From Lama glama (taxonomy: Eukaryota): a stretch of 64,000 nucleotides of DNA. Shown piece after piece: positions 25,325-35,648 of the stretch; position 1 is the stretch's first letter, and every line of letters begins with the position of its first letter. A model generated the notes under the pieces. The model did no database searches. It was not told the origin of the DNA and saw only the letters and a list, made by a program, of their open reading frames with translations. Location: assembly GCA_028534125.1 (NCBI GenBank), contig CM052818.1, forward strand, positions 35,466,001-35,530,000, given 5' to 3'. The translations under genes were made by a program, and so were the position numbers.

Positions 25325-25490
25325 AAGGAGCACTGGCCATGGTGAGAGATCATGGGTTCTAGTCCCAGCTCTGACACCAATAGGCTGTGGAACCTTGTCA
25401 AGTTCCTTTGTCCTCTCTGAGCTCTTGTTTCATCATATGTCCAGGGGAGAGGAGTATGAGATAATTTATTCCCACTGTTAATATTCTGCA
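25325..25490 (+). mobile_element. MIR
   Basis: GGGTTCTAGTCCCAGCTCTGACACCAATAGGCTGTGG..CCTTG.CAAGT...TCTCTGAGCTCTTGTTTCATCAT. Confidence 0.65.
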
Positions 25491-26390
25491 GTGTTATATT
25501 TCTAAATTCCCGGAGTATGAAATTCCAGCTCAACAGAGTGAGTGGGATCCTTCTGTTTCCTTCTTTGCTGTCCCAAGTAACTGAAAACTAAGACTGCAGC
25601 CTAGAGGTCATTTTCCTAAGCAAACGTGTACCACAGTTGAGTTGTCTAGTTACAGGGAGCAGAGGCACAGGTTACATGATCCCTACAATGGAAATAATCC
25701 CGACTTTCTGCCCTTCCACACAGAATGAGGTGACAGGGAAGTGAACCACTCCCTCTCAAAGCTCACTGATTGGGGAAACTACAGGATTAGCTCAGAAGAC
25801 TTGAAAGAACCAGAGAAAGTACCAGATGTGTGCAGTTTTGAGGGAGATGGCTGGGGTAGGGCATGAGACAGGTTTGCAGACCACTGGGGGAAGGCTGAGG
25901 CATTATTGAAAATACAGGCCCTAAAACTCAGACTTCTACTTTTCTCACCTGCGGAGATTCTCCCCTAAATTTCAACCCAGTGGTCTTCCCAGACTCGAAC
26001 TGAACCCTATTTATGTATTCAGTATTCATTATTACCACCCACCTGCCATTTATTGATGAATTCCTATATATCTGGCATATAACGATTAAGACGTTGGCAC
26101 TGCCCACAAAGCTACGAGACAAGTAAACCGCCGAGGGGAAAGGGGATTTTGTTGTAGCTGCCAGGCACAGAAATCAGGGGTCCAGGAGACAAAAGAGGCG
26201 CTGGCCGAGCTGTGTCCGGGACGTGCGTGGGTGCCAAGGAGCGGGGGTGGACGGACGTCCTCGGCAGGGAAGCTACCGCGCAGAGACGCCGCGTTCGCGG
26301 TCCGCACGTGCGGAGGGCGCGGAGGGCAGGCGCGCCGCGGGGAGGGGGCGGCGGGGCGCGGGGCCTGACGTGATCGCCGCTCTCCCGCAG

Positions 26391-27050
26391 GCGTGCATCC
26401 TGGCCTGCAAGCCCGACCTCTCGGCCGAGACGCCCGTGTTCCCCGGCAACGGCGACGAGCAGCCGCTGACCGAGAACGCCCGGAAATACGTCATGGGCCA
26501 CTTCCGCTGGGACCGCTTCGGCAATCGGAACGGCAGCGGCGGCGGCGGCGGCGGCGGCGCAGGCCAGAAGCGCGAGGAGGAAGTGGCGGCGGGCGCCGGC
26601 CCCGGGCCCCGCGGCGATGGCGCCGAGCCGGGCCCGCGCGAGGGCAAGCGCTCCTACTCCATGGAGCACTTCCGCTGGGGCAAGCCGGTGGGCAAGAAGC
26701 GGCGCCCGGTGAAGGTGTATCCCAACGGCGTCGAGGACGAGTCGGCCGAGGCCTTCCCCCTCGAGTTCAAGAGGGAGCTGGCCGGGGAGCGGCCCGAGGC
26801 TGCGCTCGGCCCCGAGGCCCCGGCCGAGGGCGCGACCGCCCAGGCCGAGCTGGAGTATGGCCTGGTGGCGGAGGCCGAGGGGGCCGAGAAGAAGGACGGG
26901 GGCCCCTATAAGATGCAGCACTTCCGCTGGGGCAGCCCGCCCAAGGACAAGCGCTACGGCGGATTCATGACCTCGGAGAAGAGCCAGACGCCCCTGGTGA
27001 CCCTGTTCAAAAATGCCATCATGAAGAACGCCCACAAGAAGGGCCAGTGA
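26391..27050 (+). CDS. POMC: Pro-opiomelanocortin exon 3 (gamma-MSH, joining peptide, ACTH/alpha-MSH/CLIP, beta-LPH, beta-MSH, beta-endorphin); full protein 263 aa
   Basis: Acceptor CTCCCGCAG|GCGTGC; three HFRW cores; [45 protein letters not shown]; stop TGA at 27048-27050. Confidence 0.99.
   Translation, partial: ACILACKPDLSAETPVFPGNGDEQPLTENARKYVMGHFRWDRFGNRNGSGGGGGGGAGQKREEEVAAGAGPGPRGDGAEPGPREGKRSYSMEHFRWGKPVGKKRRPVKVYPNGVEDESAEAFPLEFKRELAGERPEAALGPEAPAEGATAQAELEYGLVAEAEGAEKKDGGPYKMQHFRWGSPPKDKRYGGFMTSEKSQTPLVTLFKNAIMKNAHKKGQ
26538..26558 (+). repeat. POMC: (GGC)7 coding poly-Gly repeat in POMC gamma3-MSH tail
   Basis: AGC GGC GGC GGC GGC GGC GGC GGC GCA. Confidence 0.95.
26652..26768 (+). 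other. POMC: ACTH(1-39) coding segment; alpha-MSH is 26652-26690
   Basis: [39 protein letters not shown], flanked by KR on both sides. Confidence 0.97.
26895..26948 (+). other. POMC: beta-MSH coding segment
   Basis: [18 protein letters not shown] between KK and KR. Confidence 0.95.
26955..27047 (+). other. POMC: beta-endorphin(1-31) coding segment
   Basis: [31 protein letters not shown] after KR, ending at the stop codon. Confidence 0.97.
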
Positions 27051-27203
27051 GGGCGCCGCGGGCAGGGGCTTCTCTTCCTGGGAAGTCAACCCTAAAGCTC
27101 CTCTCCTTTCCTTCCTTCCTGCCACGTCGCAGCCTGGGTGTGGAGTTGCCCAGGCGGTGATGGTGGCAGGTATTCTGTCTCTTAAAGCTGTCTGTAGCTA
27201 GGA

Positions 27204-27209
27204 AATAAA
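27204..27209 (+). terminator. POMC: POMC polyadenylation signal (second AATAAA at 27258-27263)
   Basis: AATAAA ~155 nt after the stop, followed by T-rich sequence. Confidence 0.8.
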
Positions 27210-29074
27210 ACCTTTAAAGTTTCACTTCCTACTCCGACTTTAAATATTGATTGGGTTAATAAAATAGAAAAACATAACCATCAAAGAGCAGCACACATTG
27301 GAGGAGAGCTCGTGGTTTCCATGTGACCAAGTGGTAGTATGTTTCATAGGATATAGGGGAAGTGAAAAGAAAATGTACTTTCTTCCGCACTCCTAATAAA
27401 TGGGTCTTCAAGGGACCAAACGGTTTGGGTGATGCCTCAAGGTGGCTGCACTTCCCCTTCTCCACTGGATGGGAAAAGACTGCTCAGTTAGCAGGTGCGT
27501 CAAACGGCAGGATTTCTCCAAGGGGAGAAGCTGTGGAAATGCCTCCCATATGGCTTCTAGCTATCTGTGGGGCCTTAGGCAAGTCTCTGAAGTTTTCCAA
27601 GATTTAGTTCTCTCATTTACCCTTTCCTTCCTACTGTAAGAGCTATCGTGAGGATCAATGAGAAAATGGGTATGATCTTTTTATCACCGAGAGGCTTATG
27701 TGTGAGAGCTGGGGGTTGGTATCCCTTCACATTTGACTGCCCTCCCAGCCTACACACAGATACTCTCCTACACAGGGTCTCACCCACATAGATACACACC
27801 CATGGAGACACGTCTGCATAAATACAATGCAATATGCACGGATGCTTCTTCCAGTCGCTGGGGCTCAAGCTATGAGGTTTATCTTTCACCAGTGTCGTGG
27901 TCATGCCCAAGCTCTCTCCTCCCCATGTGGTCCAGCCGCAGCCTTCTCTTCATCCTCGGTGCTCCTGGCTCAGGCTTTGACTATCCTAACGGCTTCCTAA
28001 CCAACTGGTGTCCTCGTCTCCAGTTGTCTTCCTCCCCAACCCATTGTACAAATTCTTCACATCAGTGTATACAAAAACTTGCTTTTTCTGCACTCCCTGA
28101 CCCAAGAGACAAAAAAGTCGCCCCACCCCACTTTTCCATCAGTTCCAAACTACTGGGCATGGCACATGCAGGGCCATTGTGGGTCAGATTCACTCTCCTT
28201 ATCAAACCCCATTTCTGTGGTCTTCTCACTCTTCTCCTGATCTCTGTCACCCTCTGCCAGGAATTCCCCACCATCCCCTGCCGTTTTGAACATTACCCTT
28301 TTTTCACATGAACCCAGGCTCAAGTCCACTTCTGCTGGGAAAGTTGGGATCTCTTCCAGCCAAGCCTGCTCATTTTCAGTGTTGCTGCAGTCAGCCATCC
28401 CCCCTGTACTGGAGGGAATTCAGTCCAGCTCAGATGGCAAGTTTCTTGCTGCACATATGTCTTATGCTCTTTTCCCAGGGAAAGTCTAAGCTCCACAAGG
28501 GTGGAGGCCAGGGGTTGTGCTTCTTCTGTATGTCCCCATGGTGTTTTGACAATGTTGGGGCCACAGGTTTGTAGCCACACACATTTACAATTCACAAGAG
28601 ACTCATGGACACTTGATACACAGAGAGGCACACCTCCACGTCAACTGCATCAGACCCACCAGTGGATGATACAGATCAAAGCCGGCTGGGGAATATTTCT
28701 GTATGGCCCTCCCATATTTTGATGCTCTAGGGGTTCACAATTAAAGAAAACTGGAATGCAGCTGGGGAGTCCTGGTATAAGGGGAACCAGAAAGCCAGAA
28801 TCTCCCCCTAGTGTGGGTTACATGCAATGGGACTAGATTCTAGTCACTAATGAAGAAATGGCCCTGGCCTTCCCATTTGAGGATGCTTCCTTCTTGGGAA
28901 TCCTGGGCCTTGTGTGTACATCTTGATAGCACACTCTCCTTTACCCTCCTTCCTTTTGAGGCAAGTTATGGTAGGTGGGAGTGGTTAAATGTTGGTGGTT
29001 AATGCTGGCGATATTTTCAGATCCTGTTCGCATCTCAAAAAACCATTTACTTTAAAGAAATCAAATAGACAACC

Positions 29075-32000
29075 GTGGAGTGACAACATTAACATTTATT
29101 TGAAAAGGGCATTGTGACGGCTCATTGGGAAACCACGACTAACAGTCCTAAAGAATAATCTTGCTGAGAGTCCTTCTTCCTCCCCCCTCCCCCCGCTCTT
29201 CCTTCCCCTTCCTTAAAATTAAACTAATTTGATTCAGTGAGTTTAAAATACAGAAAACTGCCACAGACACTAAATCTGCACTCACATATAAATACATCAG
29301 CTATTATATACACACATCGTCAGCTATGAACTACATTACACACACATGCACACACATGGGCACACACACCCTCAGCCAGGTTGTGAAGGTCTGGATGGAC
29401 ATGGACATGTTACAATGTCCGTGTAATGATGCAGCATTTCTGGATTTACAACTCTGCACTCTATAGGCCAGAACCAACAGCCTTTGGGAGGAAGAGCCCA
29501 AAAGGGGAAGGTGATGGGCTAAAACCCCAAAGTCCCCTGAAGGAGAAAAGACCTGGTCAACCTGGCTGGTGCTAAAGGAGAACACAGAAAACTGCCTTCT
29601 GGCCCTAACAGGCCACAGAGCCCCTCCCACAAGTGTGTCCCCGCCCCACTTCCCCAGCTGGCAGGCCCCATCATGACCATTCTTCTGCCAGCTTCAGACA
29701 TAGGCCAGATTTGGGATAAGGGGTACTTTAACTAGAAGATTTCTAGGGCTCATGAAATGAAGAAGTATCACACTGCTTTAAGCCTTCTCCCCAGATGTAA
29801 GGAAGATGCCTTGTTTCAGCACAAAATTAGATTTCAGCTTAATTTACCATTTAATTGTTTGTTCCAGTTAAGGCTCACCTTAAACTTTCTGATTCTGAAG
29901 CATATTTGGGCAGAATCTAGATTCTACTCCATGTCACTAGGCAACCTCCTATTCTACTGAGTTAAAGTTTAAACTGAAACTGTGAAGAGGGGCACTGAAA
30001 ATTTGGCCAGGTCTCCAAAAGAAGCACATGTTTGCTAGGGAGTGGTGATATAAAGAAAAAGCTGCTTTGGACAGACAGAGGAGACAGCACTGGAGTGCAT
30101 GAAGAATGGGAATCCTGCCCCTTTTTCTACCCTCTAGTCCCCGGATGGGGATGAGGGAGAGACAGCTGAGTGGCCCTGGAGGTCTCTGGTTCTAGTGCGG
30201 GCTCTAAAAAGAGGCTTCAGGAATGACCCCCAAGTCCCAGAACCAGGGCCCTCGGGCAGTGCTCAGGCTGCAGGTGCCATGGGGTGGACCCTAAAGTCAG
30301 ACAGACACGAGGGAGAAACAGGGTTTCTCACCCAATCTGAGTAGGGGAGAAAGACGGGACAATCCAGTGAATAAAGACATATTTGTGGCTCAAGGTTTAG
30401 ATTTTCTGTAAAGTTTCTTCCAAAGGTTATTTGTCTTTACGCTTGTTTCTAGTTATTTTAAATTTGCTTTCTTAATAAACAGATATTAAGGTAAAGAGAA
30501 ATCTCAGTTCATGCTTATAAAGTTGAGTTGGCATTAGCCAAAAGCCATAGAGCAGAGCCAAAGCCGTGGGGGGGAGCAGAAGCCCTGCAATCGTGTAGCC
30601 CATCTGGAAGCCACAGGCTCACAGCACAGAGGCAGTGACCAAGGGGGGAAACTATAGGAACGAGGGTCAGACAGCCCCCCTGCCCGAGAAATGTATTGCA
30701 CATGTAATGGGAAAGTACGTATGTTGAGATACTCCTGCTTTGGGCAAATACACCTCTCTGTCCTGATAAGCAGGCTCTCAGTGCATCTGTGCAGGGCCAC
30801 GTACACGGGTGTGAACCGAGGGTGTCCCGAGAAGACTGCCCTCCCTGTAGTGGAAATCGCCTGCTTCCGACCCTACCCGATGCTGCGTAAAGTTGTGCCC
30901 TACAAAGGGGTTCCTTTGGATCAAGAAATCTACTCACCCTCCCTCTTTTCAAAAGCAAATTCTCCAGGGAGGAGACCATTCTCACTTCACTGTGAGTCAT
31001 ACTGGCTCAGGAAAGTCAAGGGAAGTTTTGACTGGAAAAGAAGAAAAGGGCTATTTTGGGTCACAGGTGCTGCCACAGGCAGAGGCCCAGGTGAGGCTGG
31101 GCCAGAGGTGGCTCTGGAGGCACAAAGGCCCCGGAGGGAGGGAAAGGACTGGGAGCGGGTAGAGTGGGGGACGGAGAACACAGCAAATTTGGCCGTCAAG
31201 CTCTGCACTAGCTCCTGCCCCACACAGATGTGCAGGTGGCACTCAGGGAAAACAGAAACTCAGAACCCAAAGGGGTCTCCACTGCCTCTCCCCGGGCCTC
31301 CGCTTTGCTAGCTGCGCTGATGTCCAGACTCTGTGACTGGAGTGAAGAAATCACGCCAATATTAGGTGCTGGATCCTTCTTTGCCCGAGTGAAACATCTA
31401 AAAGGTTGACTTCTGATATTCTTGAGCCCCAAAGAGCTACTCCCTCCACTCACCTCCCTTCCCATCCTCCCAGCCAGGCTGGGAGCCTCCTCTAGAGGAG
31501 GTGATGTAGGCAGGCCTAGAGCCCCTGCTGTCCCTCCTCCTTTTGAGTTGTCTAGAACCAGATTATATTGTTCTGCCCTCCCCTAGCCCCAGAGACTGTA
31601 GAAACACATTGGGATCCTCAGGAAGAAAGGCATCAAAGAGAAAGAACTCAACTCAGAAGAACATCCAGAAGAGAGAGAACCACGGGAGGGCCAAGCAAGC
31701 TCCCTCCGTACAGAGGAGGGGAGATGCTACAGATGGCTGTGGATGTGCCCACTTCTGCCTGCTACTGCTCTACAGGAGAGGGGACCATGCTCCTGCTCCC
31801 TGGTCCCGCCGCCCAGCCTGCAGAGAGCAGCCCCCTCTATCAGTGGGCTGCTGGCCCTTCATTTACCCTTAGCTGCCCCCCACGGTGTCTCTACCCCAGC
31901 CCCTGCTATAAGGACTCAATATTACTTAATGATAGAAAGAATCATGGAGAAGCAACCGATAGGGTGAGCAGGAGAGTGGAAGAGACACCAGAGTGTCAAG

Positions 32001-32547
32001 GGCCTTAGAATCCTCAAATGGGGAAGGAGGAAGGGGATGCTCTGAAGGAGATCAGGGCCCCTCTTCTGGCTGGCTCCCTGCCGCTTTACAGGAGGAGCCG
32101 GCCTTGCTTCCTCTTTATTGTAGTCTAAGGCTTCCTTTGAACAAGGGTGTCTCCATCTGCTTCCCTCCTGGGGAACTGGCAGCTGTGCCCCACCCAGGCC
32201 CACCCCCATGAAAGCCCTTCACTTACTACACAAGTAGGAGCTTCCTGGGATCTCAGCCTCTCTCTGGAGACCCCCACAACTCTCAGTCCCAGGCGGACAC
32301 AAAGGAGGAGACAAAGGGCACAGGTGAGAAGCTTATTGGCCCCAGAGGAGCAGGTGGCTGGAGCTTCCTCGGGGAAGACAAAGAGGAAGCACGGAGGCTG
32401 AGAAGGGGCAAGACGGGATCCGCCTTGCTCAGCTGGGGAAGTGCCTTTTCTCTGAGAGCCCAGTTAGATTTCCGTGTTGTAGGGGTAGGTGTGAAGGCAA
32501 GCCCCTCCCTCTAACCCCATCCCTCAGAGAAGCCTGTGTCTTGGAAT
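29075..32547 (-). other. EFR3B: EFR3B 3' UTR (~3.5 kb); polyA signal AATAAA at 29095-29100 on the minus strand
   Basis: Largely repeat-free sequence after the stop; TTTATT on + at 29095-29100; T/GT-rich tract downstream on the minus strand. 3' end is inferred. Confidence 0.65.
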
Positions 32548-32653
32548 TCAGTATACACACAGATCAGGAAACTTCATCTCATAGACAGGGATGGAGTGGT
32601 TCTGAGGCTGGCCGTAGGCTGCAGTGATGGTTCCTGAAGGGCTTGGTGGGGGC
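32548..32653 (-). CDS. EFR3B: EFR3B last coding exon (likely 23)
   Basis: PPPSPSGTITAAYGQPQNHSIPVYEMKFPDLCVY-stop, the typical EFR3 C-terminus; the 19 exons total 2091 nt (696 aa + stop). Confidence 0.96.
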
Positions 32654-33107
32654 CTGGGGCAGAAACACATGGAGGAGAGGGCATGAGGAGGGGGTTCTGG
32701 GGTTCCTCCCATGCAACCAACAGAGCAGCTGATTGGGATTTCTCTTTGAATAGGGACCAGTGACTTTGTCACCCCATGGGGTCCCAGGTTTCAAGCCGTT
32801 CTAGAATCTACAGCTTGAAATCAAGCTTCATTGCAGCTTCTACAGTGACTCTGTTGCTTTCGAAAGTGAAGTACCAGCCTGGGACACAAGGACTCCCGGC
32901 TCTTTTCCAGGGTTCACTGAACTGTCACTTTCTCCCTTCAGTCTCTGTCTCCTTATCTGGAGAGAGTTGGTACAACTCCAGCCCTGGAGACAGAGGCTGA
33001 AGTCAGGGAGGGCTGAAAACAGGTGCGAGAGTAGAACTTGGGGGAAGGGGGACGTCCCTATGCTGAGCCACAGAGGTGGGGGTCCCTTGCCCAGGGCTGC
33101 CACTTAC

Positions 33108-33157
33108 CGGATGGTGATTTCAAAGATCTGATTGAGTTTGCTCTGCAGCAGTGATGC
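33108..33157 (-). CDS. EFR3B: EFR3B exon (likely 22)
   Basis: ASLLQSKLNQIFEITI(R); tag/gtaagt; phases 0/2. Confidence 0.92.
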
Positions 33158-34455
33158 CTAGACACAAACAGAGGGAACGAGAGCTGGGGTCTCCCCGCAT
33201 CCCTGCCAGCTGACTCCCAAGCCCACCTGTCCAGAGCATGCACTGCAGGTGCAGGGCAGGGAGCTTTAGGAAAGAAACTGGTGGGAGCTCGTTTCCAGCA
33301 CTTCTCTGTGGACCCTGGCAATGGGTTCAGATCAGGCAAAGCTGCCCAGCAATGGCCTGCTGGGGACAGCACAGAGGCCAGGAGCGCCAGGAACGACTTC
33401 AGCAACAGTTCTGGAAGGACCCTGGGCAGGGGGTCAGGAGGCTCAGAGCTCCTTAACTCCCACAGAACAGCTGTGCAAAGCTGCTGTGTTAGGGAAGATG
33501 CTCTCTGGTTCCTTCTGACTCCAAATAAGCCCATGTGCGCAGAGAATGAGACTGAGTGTGTGTTCAATAACTGGGCCTCAACTCTGAGCTCATGAAATAG
33601 GCAGCATCTACCTCTCGAGATGGAACAAAACGTTACCAGAATGTAGGCTCAGAAAAATCTATATTATACTTACACGTATTTATATATATATTATTATAAT
33701 TCTATTACTATATATAATTACTATAAAATATGAGAAGTATATATATTAGAAACATTTAACAGGAAAGAAAATTACATGTACTTTTATTGAGGGGGAAAAA
33801 GTACAATAAAATATCAGTTATTTGTAGATTTTGGACGTTTACAGTTATGTTTCATTGTTACTAAGATGGACACTGGGACTAACCAATCCTGGCATATCAT
33901 TTTGTGCTCTTCCCGAAATTACAGACACAGTTCTTCTTTCTACTTGTCTGGTACTCTCTCTTTCAAACCTCTTTTTCAAGAGGTTCCTTTCCACCCACCA
34001 GGGTCGCCCCGTTGAAAATGGGCCCTTTTGCAAACGCTGGCCACCTTTCCTGTGACCCGGCCCCTTCCCGTCACTCGGGAATCTGAGGATCCTAATGGGG
34101 GCAACGTCCTTGCAGAGTTGTCACGAGAAGGAGATAAACTGATAAATGTAAGACTCTCCGGTGCAGAGTGAGGGCTATTTCCGTAAACTTGCTCTGACGA
34201 TTATAATTATTATAATCTGTCTGCTTGGCCCTGGAGATCCTGAGTTCAGGACTTCCTTATATGAAAACTGTGATGTCTGGAGGGGTGTGTGACTGATAGC
34301 TTTTGGTTCTGGAGGAAACAATGTAGTGCCAGGGCATTTTGGGGATCTAAACTCTAATTTCTGGATGACAACCAAGATCTCCTAGAAACTCAGTCCTGGC
34401 CTGGACCCACATCCAGTGTCTGGTCCCGGGACCGGCCCTGTTACGCCTCACTTAC

Positions 34456-34562
34456 CCGGGCCCCGCAGTGCGCTGCAATCTCCTCAAAGGGTGCCTTCTG
34501 GAACTTCTCCACCACCTGTCGCCGCCGTTCACGCTCCTGCTCCTCGACCGCTACACTGTCCA
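34456..34562 (-). CDS. EFR3B: EFR3B exon (likely 21)
   Basis: (V)DSVAVEEQERERRRQVVEKFQKAPFEEIAAHCGAR; cag/gtaagt. Confidence 0.95.
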
Positions 34563-35599
34563 CTGGGGCACAGAGACCCAGGTCAACCCATGGATGTGGT
34601 CCGCGATTGCAGCCCTGCTCTCCCCTCTGCTGATGAGGGGCTTGGGGCATGGAGGGTGCGGTGCCATCACTTGGCCCCTGGGAAGGCCAGACCCTTTCCT
34701 GATTCTGCCTGAAGCTTCAGCACCCTTCCTTGCCTAAGAGTTTGAAAACTAGTTAAGTGGACCCTTAGGCAAGGCTAAAGCCCCATGTAGCTGCCCTGCC
34801 ACTGGGACTCAAACATGAGTTCCTGGAACAGGAAGTACTCAGGGTAATTTGAAAAGAGACATCGACAATGGGAAAGTCAGACAGACCACAAAGGCCAGCA
34901 CAGAGCCTCTACGGCAGAGCAGTCTGAGGCCATTTAGTTTAAGGCTTCTACATACTCCACTTCTTATCCAAAATGAATAAAAATGGCGGGGGGAGGGCAT
35001 CAAATACATTCATCGCGCCTAGCTTAAGGAGGAAGAGCAGTGGGGACGTTCAGAAAGAGTACCATCAGTGACGACAGAAATAAAAAAGGTTTGACATTTT
35101 GAAGGCACGATTTGTCATCGGTTATCAGAAAAATCCTCTAATTCAGGATACTTCACTGACCGATAATCCAGATGAGGTAATACTGCATCTCAAAATCTAT
35201 TGCCATTATTAAATAAATATTGCTATGGTTTGTTCTTAATAGCTTTCATTGGTCAACTTGTTCTTTGTGTATCACATGCCACCAAAAAATTGTCAAACTA
35301 TTTATACCAATTAAAATTGCTTTTTACCTGTCTGACTGGCCAGGACCCTCAGCTGACTGCTTTTACCAGCAGCCATCAATAGAAAGAGGGTTCGTGAGAT
35401 AGAAGACTGACCCCTGTGAGGAGAGGGGGACTTTTAATTGCAGGTTTGGTAGCTGTGAGGAGTTTAGAGGAAGCCACCAGCCTCTGCCCTCATGTCTGTA
35501 CTGAATCGTACTTGGAGGCAGCAGATGGGGGAGCTGCACACGCACCCGCCTCCCCAGGACCCAGCCTCGCCCTCCCCTCCTTGGGGGCCCCCCACTTAC

Positions 35600-35648
35600 C
35601 AATGGCTTTCTTTAGCGTCTCATAGGTGATCTCCTCGGCGGGCACTCG
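35600..35648 (-). CDS. EFR3B: EFR3B exon (likely 20)
   Basis: RVPAEEITYETLKKAI; cag/gtaagt; phases 0/1. Confidence 0.92.

Larger units (their letters stand above)
26190..27070. promoter_or_regulatory. CpG island at the POMC intron 2/exon 3 boundary (site of the known internal promoter and variably methylated region)
   Basis: Dense CpG and GC boxes from ~26200 through the exon 3 CDS; CRE-like TGACGTGA at 26366-26373. Confidence 0.75.

Noticed and set aside
26223..26390. In-frame N-terminal extension of the exon 3 ORF
   Set aside because: Intronic CpG-island sequence with a GTG start, upstream of a clear branch point and acceptor.
26112..27125. 337-aa antisense ORF, and the alternative-frame ORF 26393-26911
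   Set aside because: Shadow ORFs of the very GC-rich POMC exon 3; stop-codon depletion explains them and there is no recognisable domain.
30515..31311. 161-206 aa ORFs in the EFR3B 3' UTR (similar ones at 13950, 27733, 52506, 62773)
   Set aside because: No recognisable domains or splice context; some are low-complexity or repeat-derived, as expected by chance.
34860..35410. AT-rich, compositionally distinct intronic block
   Set aside because: Probably an old DNA-transposon relic; I could not identify termini or protein motifs.
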